DNA of 64,000 bases from Bacteroidales bacterium. Lineage in GTDB: Bacteria > Bacteroidota > Bacteroidia > Bacteroidales > G3-4614. Position 1 is the stretch's first letter, and each line of letters opens with the position of its first letter. The position numbers and the translations under genes were made by a program. The stretch covers positions 5,869-69,868 of the forward strand of contig JAGBHI010000003.1 in NCBI GenBank assembly GCA_017935575.1, in the 5' to 3' direction. Of the stretch, positions 55,768 to 64,000 are shown one piece after another. The notes below the pieces were generated by a model that was given only the letters and a program-made list of their open reading frames with translations, had not been told where the DNA came from and made no database searches.

Positions 55768-56985
55768 ATGAAAAAATACTTTTTATACATTACTCTCTTC
55801 TCAGTTGCTTTTATGTATGGCTGTAATAGAGATAATCATAATCATCATGAACATAATCATGATAGTGAGCATATACACCAACATAGCGAATTTGAAAAAG
55901 AACATCATCATGAAAATGGACATTCTCATAGCCACTCAAACATCAATATTGACGGAGATGAAGATATAGTTGTATTCTCGCACAAACAGGCTGAGAATGC
56001 AGGACTTAATTGCGACACCATTAATTATGCACCTTTTGCACATGTTATAAAATGTAGTGGCGATATTGTTTCATCGCCGAGCGATGCCATTTATATTGTT
56101 GCTCCTACTAACGGAGTTATCCTATTCGGGAACCCCTACCCTGTTGATGGAAAGATAGTAAAGGCAGGTGAGGTTTTATTTAATATATCATCAGCCAATC
56201 TTCAAGACGGTGATGTTGCATACAGAACCAAAATCGCATACGAAAATGCTAAAAGCGACTACGAACGCGCTGCCGAATTAGCAAAAGAAAAGATTGTTTC
56301 GGCTAAAGATTTAGCAGATATAAAAGATGAATATGAGAGTGCCAAAGCTGCTTACGAAGCTGTTTGCGGGAAAGATGGTAATGGCAGTGTAGTTTCGGCT
56401 CCTGCTGATGGCTATATATCTCAAATTAGTGTAAAAAATGGTGATTACGTATCGGTTGGGCAAACCATTGCTATGATTAGCAGAAATAAAAAACTTCAAC
56501 TTAGAGCCGATATTGAGAGGGAAGATTTTGCTCATTTACCCAAAATCACAAGTGCAAACTTTACTCTCTCATTTGACAATAAAGTTTACAAACTTTCTGA
56601 AATGAATGGTAAATTATTATCATACGGGAAATATATTACACACGGAGAAAATTTTATTCCTATTACTTTTGAATTTGATAATAACGTCAATCTGATTCCC
56701 GGATCTTATGCCGATATATTCCTTATTACAGAGAGTGAAGATAATTGCTTGGCTGTACCTGAAAATGCGATATGTGAAGATGAAGGCCTATTCTTTGTTT
56801 TTACTCGTATTGATTGCGAACATTTCAGAAAAACTTATATTGAAATTGGCGAAAGGAACGGAGAGAAGGTAAAAGTTCTTAAAGGATTAAATAATGGAGA
56901 TGTTGTTGTAACAGATGGTGTTCATCAACTAAAAGCAGCATCACGAAAAAGTGTAATACCCGAAGGACATTCTCATAACCATTAA
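55768..56985 (+). CDS. Efflux RND periplasmic adaptor subunit with His-rich termini (CzcB/CusB-like)
   Basis: Lipobox (FMYGC). N-terminal His tract (HNHHEHNHDSEHIHQHSEFEKEHHHENGHSHSHS), a barrel-sandwich/hairpin core and a C-terminal EGHSHNH. Confidence 0.85.
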   Translation: MKKYFLYITLFSVAFMYGCNRDNHNHHEHNHDSEHIHQHSEFEKEHHHENGHSHSHSNINIDGDEDIVVFSHKQAENAGLNCDTINYAPFAHVIKCSGDIVSSPSDAIYIVAPTNGVILFGNPYPVDGKIVKAGEVLFNISSANLQDGDVAYRTKIAYENAKSDYERAAELAKEKIVSAKDLADIKDEYESAKAAYEAVCGKDGNGSVVSAPADGYISQISVKNGDYVSVGQTIAMISRNKKLQLRADIEREDFAHLPKITSANFTLSFDNKVYKLSEMNGKLLSYGKYITHGENFIPITFEFDNNVNLIPGSYADIFLITESEDNCLAVPENAICEDEGLFFVFTRIDCEHFRKTYIEIGERNGEKVKVLKGLNNGDVVVTDGVHQLKAASRKSVIPEGHSHNH

Positions 56986-56999
56986 TAAGAGGATTTGAT

Positions 57000-59900
57000 A
57001 TGTTGAACAAGATTATTAAATTTTCATTAGATAACCGCCTTGTTATTGTCCTGGTGGCAATTCTTCTTATGTTGGGAGGTATATACACTACCCAAAATAT
57101 GGAGGTTGATGTTTTCCCTGACTTAAATGCTCCGACTGTTACTGTTATGACAGAGGCTCCCGGTTTAGCTCCGGAAGAGGTTGAAAGATTAGTTTCATTC
57201 CCTGTTGAAACAGCGGTTAATGGGGCTACCGGAGTGAGACGTGTACGTTCTTCATCTACTACAGGATTCTCTATTGTGTGGGTTGAGTTTGATTGGGATA
57301 CTGATATTTATCTTGCCAGACAGATTGTTTCTGAAAAGCTATCTACTCTTGCAGGCAAACTTCCTAATAGTGCAGGAACGCCCCAATTAGGTCCTCAAAC
57401 ATCAATATTGGGAGAGGTTATGATTATTGGGCTTTCATCTGATTCTGTATCGCTATTGGATATTAGAACTGCAGCAGACTTTCTTATACGACCACGACTG
57501 TTATCAATCAGCGGTGTAGCTCAAGTTGATGTTATCGGTGGCGATGTAAAAGAGTACCAGATTCTTTTAAATCCCAATAAAATGCGCCACTATGGGGTAA
57601 CTCTTGATAATGTTATGAATAATGTTCGTAACCTTAACGAGAATGCGGCAGGAGGTATAATATATGAATACGGTAATGAGTATATTATTAGGGGTGCAAT
57701 TTCGTCAAAGAGTGCCGATGATATGGCTGAATGCCTTATAAAACGTGAGAATGGAGAACATATCCACCTATACGACATCGCTGATGTAAAAATAGGTTCA
57801 AAGGCTCCTAAATTAGGTTTAGCTTCATCAAAAGGGAAAGAGGCCGTTATAATAACTGTTACAAAACAACCTGAGGCAAGGACTTTGGAATTGACTGAAA
57901 ATATTGATAAGGTAATGAATGATATAAAGAAACAACTACCTGACAATATTGAAATTGATAGTCAAATATTCCGACAATCAAGATTTATTGAGAGTTCTAT
58001 TAACAATATTCAAAAATCGCTTTATGAAGGTGGTATTTTTGTTGTTATCATTCTTTTTATCTTCTTGATGAGTGTACGAACAACAATAATATCTGTTGTT
58101 ACAATTCCTCTATCTCTTATTGTTACCATTATTACTCTTAAATTTATGGGGCTAACCATAAACACTATGAGTATAGGAGGTATGGCCATTGCAATTGGAT
58201 CGTTGGTTGATGATGCCATTGTTGATGTTGAAAATGTTTTTAAAAGATTAAAACAGAATAATTTAAAAGCAGAGAGCGAGAAGTTACCAACCTTGCAGGT
58301 GGTTTTTGAGGCGTCAAAAGAGGTGCGCATGCCTATTTTAAACTCAACATTGATTATTGTTGTAAGTTTCTTACCTCTATTCTTTTTGTCAGGCATGGAG
58401 GGTAAAATGTTGGTTCCTCTTGGAATATCTTTTATTGTTGCACTATTTGCTTCTACAATTATTGCTCTTACTTTAACACCTGTGATGTGTAGCTATCTGT
58501 TTGGCGGTAAAAGAAACCCAAAAAAAGAGAGGGAGCCTATTGTTTCAAGAGTTTTAGGCAAATGGTATAAAAGAGGTTTAGAATGGGCTATATCTCACAA
58601 AAAAGGGGTGCTTATTCCTACATTCTGTCTGTTTATTATTGCTCTCGCAACCGCATATACATTGGGACGCAGTTTTTTGCCACAATTTAACGAAGGTTCT
58701 TTTACTATAAACATTAGTTCTGTTCCGGGAATATCTCTTGAAGAGAGCAATAAAATAGGCAAACTCGCCGAAGAGATATTGCTTACTGTACCAGAGATAC
58801 AAACAGTTGCAAGGAAAACGGGACGTGCAGAACTTGCTGAACATGCTTTAGGAGTAAATGCCTCTGAAATTGAAGCTCCCTTTATTCTTAAAGATAGGAG
58901 CAAAAAGGAAGTTGCGGCAGAGGTTCGCAAAAAATTATCGGTACTCCCGGGAGTAAACGTTGAAATTGGACAACCTATATCTCACCGCATTGATGCGATG
59001 TTATCCGGTACAAGAGCTAATATTGCCATAAAGATTTTTGGCAAAGACTTAAACCAAATGTTTAAGATTGGTAATGATATCAAAAAATTAATTACTAATG
59101 TAAATGGTATTGCTGATGTAAATGTTGAGCAACAAATTGAACGTCCGCAATTAAGAATAACTCCCAACAGAGAGTTATTGTCTGACTATGGCATCACTCT
59201 TGGAGAGTTTGGCGAATTTATACATATATTATTAGCAGGCGAAGTGGTATCTCAAGTTTATGATGGAAACAGTACTTATGATGTTACAGTAAAACTTGAC
59301 GACAACAAAAGGAAATCGCTTGACGATATAAAGAATATGCTTATCGACTCTGAAGCTGGTAAAATTCCTCTATATTTTGTAGCAAAGGTTGAATCGGTTA
59401 TGGGTCCTAACACTATAAGCCGAGAAAATGCAGAGAGAAAAATTGTTGTTTCGGCAAACATGGCTGGTGGCGACCTCACCGGAGGTGTTAAAGAGATTAG
59501 AGAACGTATTGAAGATAATATAAGTTTACCGGAAGGGTATCATATTGAATATGGGGGACAATTTGAAAGCGAACAAGAGGCTTCAAAAAGATTGACAATT
59601 ATGTCAATATTCTCAATATTGGTAATCTTCTTGTTACTATACAATCAATTCAAGAGTAGTATTCAGGCAGGTGTAATTCTTATAAATCTCCCACTCGCTC
59701 TTATTGGTGGTATTTTTGCTCTAAGATTTACAGATGGCATAATGAGTATTCCAGCAATTATTGGCTTTATATCTCTATTTGGTATAGCCACTCGCAATGG
59801 AATGCTTCTTATAAGCCGATACAATTCACTTAAAGAAGAGGGAAAGAGTTTAAAGGATACTATCATTGAAGGCTCAACGGACCGCCTTAATCCTATTATC

Positions 59901-60095
59901 ATGACAGCATTAACGTCAATGCTTGCTCTTATTCCGTTAGCTATAGGCGGAGACCTCCCCGGTAATGAAATTCAAAGTCCAATGGCGAAGGTCATTTTAG
60001 GAGGATTGTTCACTTCTACATTATTGAATATGTTTGTAATCCCTGTTATATATATGATTATTGAGAGAAAGAAAGGGGGTAATTTTAAATCATGA
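57000..60095 (+). CDS. CusA/CzcA family heavy-metal efflux RND transporter
   Basis: 1031 aa with 12-TM RND architecture. The N-terminus (IIKFSLDNRLVIVLVAILLMLGGIYT...VDVFPDLNAPTVTVMTEAPGLAPEEVE) is typical of the HME-RND family. Confidence 0.9.
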   Translation: MLNKIIKFSLDNRLVIVLVAILLMLGGIYTTQNMEVDVFPDLNAPTVTVMTEAPGLAPEEVERLVSFPVETAVNGATGVRRVRSSSTTGFSIVWVEFDWDTDIYLARQIVSEKLSTLAGKLPNSAGTPQLGPQTSILGEVMIIGLSSDSVSLLDIRTAADFLIRPRLLSISGVAQVDVIGGDVKEYQILLNPNKMRHYGVTLDNVMNNVRNLNENAAGGIIYEYGNEYIIRGAISSKSADDMAECLIKRENGEHIHLYDIADVKIGSKAPKLGLASSKGKEAVIITVTKQPEARTLELTENIDKVMNDIKKQLPDNIEIDSQIFRQSRFIESSINNIQKSLYEGGIFVVIILFIFLMSVRTTIISVVTIPLSLIVTIITLKFMGLTINTMSIGGMAIAIGSLVDDAIVDVENVFKRLKQNNLKAESEKLPTLQVVFEASKEVRMPILNSTLIIVVSFLPLFFLSGMEGKMLVPLGISFIVALFASTIIALTLTPVMCSYLFGGKRNPKKEREPIVSRVLGKWYKRGLEWAISHKKGVLIPTFCLFIIALATAYTLGRSFLPQFNEGSFTINISSVPGISLEESNKIGKLAEEILLTVPEIQTVARKTGRAELAEHALGVNASEIEAPFILKDRSKKEVAAEVRKKLSVLPGVNVEIGQPISHRIDAMLSGTRANIAIKIFGKDLNQMFKIGNDIKKLITNVNGIADVNVEQQIERPQLRITPNRELLSDYGITLGEFGEFIHILLAGEVVSQVYDGNSTYDVTVKLDDNKRKSLDDIKNMLIDSEAGKIPLYFVAKVESVMGPNTISRENAERKIVVSANMAGGDLTGGVKEIRERIEDNISLPEGYHIEYGGQFESEQEASKRLTIMSIFSILVIFLLLYNQFKSSIQAGVILINLPLALIGGIFALRFTDGIMSIPAIIGFISLFGIATRNGMLLISRYNSLKEEGKSLKDTIIEGSTDRLNPIIMTALTSMLALIPLAIGGDLPGNEIQSPMAKVILGGLFTSTLLNMFVIPVIYMIIERKKGGNFKS

Positions 60096-61273
60096 AAAGA
60101 GTTATTTTAATAGTAGCCATTCTAAGTTATATATGTAATGGCACAGCCCAAAATATAAGTATTGATAAGGTTCTGAATGAAATTGAGAATAATAACCTTA
60201 CTCTAAAAACTTTAAGAGAGGAACAAAAGGCAGAGAAACTTGCAAACAAAGAAGATATTGCCTTATCAAACCCCGAGGTTGAATTTAACTATATATGGGG
60301 AGCTTATAACCATGATATAAATGGAAAAGGTATATCTGTATCGCAAGAGTTTGATTTTAAGACCATACTCGGTTTTAAAAGCAGAATTGCAAATAAGGAG
60401 AACGAATTAATTGATATTGTATATAAGAGAGAGAGAATAAACCTTTTGCTTGAGGCTAAACTCCTCTGCTATGATGCAATTTATTACAATGCTCTATGCA
60501 AAGAGTTAAATAACAGATTATCATATGCAAAAGCAAATGTTGATGCATATAAGAAACGTTTTGACAATGGCGATGTGTCGATACTTGAATATAATAAAGT
60601 TAAACTTGATTATGCCTTGGCAAAGGGTAAATTAGCCGAGATTGAAGCCGATAGAGAAGAGGTTTTTTCACAACTGACAATCCTTAATGGAGGCAAAGAG
60701 ATTATACTCCATGATGAGAGCTTTGAATTGATTGCACCCCTACCCCTTTTTGATGTATGGTATGCAGAAGCAGAGGCTCTTAATCCCGTTTTAGAATATG
60801 CAAAGAATGAGGTTGAATTGAGCAAAAACAGAATAAGCCTAAATCGCTCTGCATGGGCTCCTACTTTTTCGGCAGAGTATGAACGCTCATGGGAAGAGAA
60901 CTTTAAGCAAAACGGATTTACAATTGGTATGAGCATACCTCTTTGGGCAGATATTAATAAAGTAAAATCGGCTAAAGCTGCTAAAATAGCATCTGAGAGC
61001 AGAGAATCTGAATTAAAGATTAATTTCTATTATCAGATTAAGAGTGCATATAATAAAACCGTTATATTGCAAAAGAGTGCTGCTGAAACAAAAAGTGCCG
61101 TAGAACAATTATCAAATATGCTATATTTGGGTAAGGCTCTTGAAAGTGGAGAGATTTCAATGCTTGATTATATTGTTGAAGTAGAACTGTACTATGATGC
61201 CCGAACTATGGCATTAGATGCAGAAAAAGCATATTTTTCATCACTTGCCAAACTTGCAGCATATACTCTATAA
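60092..61273 (+). CDS. TolC-family outer-membrane efflux protein (CzcC-like)
   Basis: 393 aa with a signal peptide and two OEP-type repeats. ATGA overlap with the RND gene. Confidence 0.8.
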   Translation: MKRVILIVAILSYICNGTAQNISIDKVLNEIENNNLTLKTLREEQKAEKLANKEDIALSNPEVEFNYIWGAYNHDINGKGISVSQEFDFKTILGFKSRIANKENELIDIVYKRERINLLLEAKLLCYDAIYYNALCKELNNRLSYAKANVDAYKKRFDNGDVSILEYNKVKLDYALAKGKLAEIEADREEVFSQLTILNGGKEIILHDESFELIAPLPLFDVWYAEAEALNPVLEYAKNEVELSKNRISLNRSAWAPTFSAEYERSWEENFKQNGFTIGMSIPLWADINKVKSAKAAKIASESRESELKINFYYQIKSAYNKTVILQKSAAETKSAVEQLSNMLYLGKALESGEISMLDYIVEVELYYDARTMALDAEKAYFSSLAKLAAYTL

Positions 61274-61291
61274 CTTAAATTTAACAATATA

Positions 61292-61329
61292 AAATAGAAT
61301 GGAAGCGAAATTTCGCTTCCATTCTATTT
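61292..61329. terminator. Bidirectional terminator hairpin
   Basis: Perfect 19-bp palindrome AAATAGAATGGAAGCGAAA / TTTCGCTTCCATTCTATTT between convergent genes. Confidence 0.85.
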
Positions 61330-61355
61330 TAAGCATATACTTTTAGTTATTAATT

Positions 61356-61781
61356 CTAATGTATTGCAAAGACTTGTGGTGTTGCACAAAAAGCATTATA
61401 TTCTTGAACTGTTTGGAATGTTTGAGTTGGAGTATATTTTCTCTCAATATCCTCAAGTTCCAATTTATATCTCTGATTTAATTGAACAGGGACAGAAGCA
61501 TCTTCCGGTATTGGATTAAGGGTTACCACCATCTTTACATTATCAAAACCTTTTTCTGCCTCAAAAGAGCATTCAAAAGGATAATATGAAATTGCTCCTC
61601 CTGATATTAAATTACCATTGGCATCAACATAACTGATTGTTCCTGTTATATCCTGATGAGTTCCGGGCATCAGTTGATATTCATACTCAACATCAACATA
61701 TTTTCTATCATCATCACACGAAACAAGAGCTGGTATAAGAAATAATAAAACCAAGCTCAAAAATCTACTAATCTTTTTCAT
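61356..61781 (-). CDS. Hypothetical lipoprotein
   Basis: 141 aa with lipobox LVSCDDD. No recognised motif. Confidence 0.5.
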   Translation of the reverse strand: MKKISRFLSLVLLFLIPALVSCDDDRKYVDVEYEYQLMPGTHQDITGTISYVDANGNLISGGAISYYPFECSFEAEKGFDNVKMVVTLNPIPEDASVPVQLNQRYKLELEDIERKYTPTQTFQTVQEYNAFCATPQVFAIH

Positions 61782-61930
61782 ATTCTATATTTTTTATTCT
61801 GATACAAATAAAAAGAATGGTTATTGTATATGCAACACTATTAATTTTAATTATAAATTTTACATATAACATATCATTTTGGGCATATAATGTTTATCTT
61901 TGTAAAAATTAACGATAAATAGAGATAAAG

Positions 61931-62551
61931 ATGATACTTCCAAACAATATAAAAGCCTTGCTATTTGATATGGACGGCGTTATTTTTGATACCGAAGGAC
62001 TTTATACTGATTTTTGGAAAAGAGAACTTTTTAAATATCTCCCTGATGATCCGGAAATTTTTGATAAGGTCAAAGGCTCAACATTAAATGATATCCTTAC
62101 AAGATATTTTAAAGATGATGATATCAGAACAAAGGTTGTTGCAGCTATTGATAATTTTGAGACTACAATGCCATTTTATTATATAAACGGGTTTGAGGAG
62201 TATTTCAGAAAAATTAAGGACATCGGCTATAAATGTGCAGTTGTTACAAGTTCTAACGACAAAAAAATGGCTAATGTTTTTAACCGCCACCCAATGTTTA
62301 AGAGCCAATATGATACAATCATAACTGCTGATGATATATCTTTATCAAAACCAAATCCTCAATGTTTTTTGCTTGCAGCAGAAAGGCTTGGGGTAAAGCC
62401 AGAAGATTGCGCTGTATTTGAGGACTCTATTCATGGGCTGAATGCCGCTCGCGCAGCAGGAATGTTTGTTGTTGGAGTTGCAACATCTAACCCATACAAC
62501 ATTGTAAAAGAGATGTCAGATGTAATAATAAATGATTTTAAAGAGATATAA
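61931..62551 (+). CDS. HAD-superfamily hydrolase (beta-phosphoglucomutase-like subfamily IA)
   Basis: Motif I is LFDMDGVIFDTE, motif II is VVTSS, and motif IV is FEDSIHGLNAA. Confidence 0.85.
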   Translation: MILPNNIKALLFDMDGVIFDTEGLYTDFWKRELFKYLPDDPEIFDKVKGSTLNDILTRYFKDDDIRTKVVAAIDNFETTMPFYYINGFEEYFRKIKDIGYKCAVVTSSNDKKMANVFNRHPMFKSQYDTIITADDISLSKPNPQCFLLAAERLGVKPEDCAVFEDSIHGLNAARAAGMFVVGVATSNPYNIVKEMSDVIINDFKEI

Positions 62552-62585
62552 ACATTTACAAATTAATAGTATAAAAATTTTAACT

Positions 62586-63656
62586 ATGAACATTTTAATT
62601 ACCCATAGGGAAGTGGACCCCATAATGCTAAATATTTTCAATACTTTATCATTAGATAAAAAATATAATATATTTATTGCTATTCCTAAAGATGAAGAAT
62701 CATTTCATAAAATTGAAGGGAACTGCATTAAACTATTTATGAACCGAATAAAATCTAAGTTTACGTGGAGTTCTATTAAGGATATCAGAAGAATTGTAAA
62801 AGAAAATAATATCGACATTATATTTTCAGCTGGTAGCTCTGGTTTGTCTAATGCTTTATTTGCAACAATTGGAACAAAAGCTATAAATATAGCTTATAGA
62901 GGAACTCAACATAAAATCAGACTAACTGATCCTACATACTACATGGGAATTCTAAACCCTCGCGTTGATTATGTAATATGTGAAACTGAAGATATAATGC
63001 AGTCTTTATCCAAATATATTTCAAAGGAAAAACTATCATTCAAGTCAAAACCATATATGATTGAATGGATTAAGAAGGATAACGATGTAACAGATGAAAA
63101 TCTTCCTGAAAATTCATTCAAATTGGTATATGTTGGAAACACAAAAGGCAGACCTTTCAAAGGATTAAGCTACCTAATTGAGGCAATGATTTTATTAAAT
63201 GACAAAGATATTCATTTAACCATTATAGGAGATTATAGTGATGAAGACTTTAATATGGCAAATAACAGCAAGATGAATAATAATATTCATTTTATGGGAC
63301 CTCGTTCTAATGCTATTAGTTATATAAAAAATAAAGATTTATTTGTCTTGCCTTCATTAAGAGACGCTTCTCCAAGAGTAGTCAGAGAAGCCCTCGCTTG
63401 CTCTGTGCCTTGCATAGTTACAGATATACCTGGAGCAAGAGACTTAATATCTCCCAAATGCGGTATATTGGTTCCTGCAGGTAACTCTAAAGAATTGGCT
63501 GATAAAATAAAAGATTTGAAAAATAATAATAGTAAACTAAATTCCTTAAAAAGCGAATCACAGAAACATATTATAGAAAATTTTAGTGTAGAAGATTATA
63601 CCAATTACATATCTAAGATCTTTGATAAACTTTATTCAGAGAGAGTTAATTCATAA
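62586..63656 (+). CDS. Glycosyltransferase family 4 (GT-B, Glycos_transf_1)
   Basis: The C-terminal domain has the E-x7-E-like region (PSLRDASPRVVREALACSVPCIVTDIPGARDLI). Start moved to ATG 62586 (MNILITH). Confidence 0.8.
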   Translation: MNILITHREVDPIMLNIFNTLSLDKKYNIFIAIPKDEESFHKIEGNCIKLFMNRIKSKFTWSSIKDIRRIVKENNIDIIFSAGSSGLSNALFATIGTKAINIAYRGTQHKIRLTDPTYYMGILNPRVDYVICETEDIMQSLSKYISKEKLSFKSKPYMIEWIKKDNDVTDENLPENSFKLVYVGNTKGRPFKGLSYLIEAMILLNDKDIHLTIIGDYSDEDFNMANNSKMNNNIHFMGPRSNAISYIKNKDLFVLPSLRDASPRVVREALACSVPCIVTDIPGARDLISPKCGILVPAGNSKELADKIKDLKNNNSKLNSLKSESQKHIIENFSVEDYTNYISKIFDKLYSERVNS

Positions 63657-63703
63657 AAAAGTAAATCTATCTGAGAATATAATAGATTAAACGTCGTAAC
63701 ATA

Positions 63704-63746
63704 AAAATCCCTTTTTGAACTTTACTAAGTTTCAAAAAGGGATTTT
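63704..63746. terminator. Bidirectional terminator hairpin
   Basis: 16-bp perfect stem AAAATCCCTTTTTGAA / TTCAAAAAGGGATTTT with an 11-nt loop, between convergent genes. Confidence 0.85.
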
Positions 63747-63835
63747 ATCATAAAGAGGAATGGTCTTAATTTATAATTTTGTTATAAATTTTATCCTCTG
63801 CTTTATCGCAGTCTCCTTATTTCGTTAGTTTTCCA

Positions 63836-64000
63836 TTAATACTCGTCCCAAGCAAGTATTCCTATATCTTCAATTGGTTTGTTGATAAAGGCGTTAATAT
63901 ATGCTGTTGCAAGACGTGCATTTGTTAGCAATGGTATGTTGTGGTCTATTGCTGAACGACGTATGCGGTATCCATTTGTCAACTCGCGTTTGGTATGATT
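63836..64000 (-). CDS. carB: Carbamoyl-phosphate synthase large subunit, C-terminal fragment (runs off window)
   Basis: The last 54 codons read NHTKRELTNGYRIRRSAIDHNIPLLTNARLATAYINAFINKPIEDIGILAWDEY*. The IRRSA...TT/TN...A pattern matches the MGS-like tail of CarB. Confidence 0.65.
   Translation of the reverse strand, partial: NHTKRELTNGYRIRRSAIDHNIPLLTNARLATAYINAFINKPIEDIGILAWDEY

Overview
Low-GC, gene-dense chromosomal window that reads as Bacteroidota, probably Bacteroidales. Supporting signals are TAnnTTTG -7 promoter boxes in front of genes instead of Shine-Dalgarno sites, four genes ending in T9SS C-terminal sorting domains, a DUF3575-type OMP, a 630-aa YidC, a long type-2 IleRS, and an EBP-lptE-secG cluster. 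The backbone is housekeeping: radA, cstA, ileS, dksA-like, lspA, glmM, nrnA, mazG, DEAD-box helicase, rfbA/rfbB, yidC, pyrG, secG, fused ccsBA and a partial carB. Accessory content is interleaved: (i) a host-glycan set with a 1485-aa T9SS sialidase, a GH89 alpha-N-acetylglucosaminidase and a GlcNAc-kinase-like ATPase; (ii) a frameshifted GH16 T9SS enzyme; (iii) a 2.1-kb insert with two T9SS cargo genes bracketed by duplicated terminators; (iv) a CzcCBA-type metal efflux operon preceded by a Cys/His-rich small protein; (v) a LytS/LytTR two-component operon with a metallophosphoesterase lipoprotein and an OMP. I saw no rRNA, tRNA, CRISPR array, transposase, integrase or recognisable phage-defence gene. 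The best candidate for something undescribed is the 32.1-37.7 kb envelope operon: DUF3575 barrel, then a CarboxypepD_reg/DUF3868-like/TPR protein, then a 965-aa protein built from five tandem OmpA-N-like barrel modules. The second candidate is a family of heptad TAGTTNT intergenic elements that sit directly on the stop codons of four genes. All domain calls come from reading motifs in the supplied translations; no database search was run.
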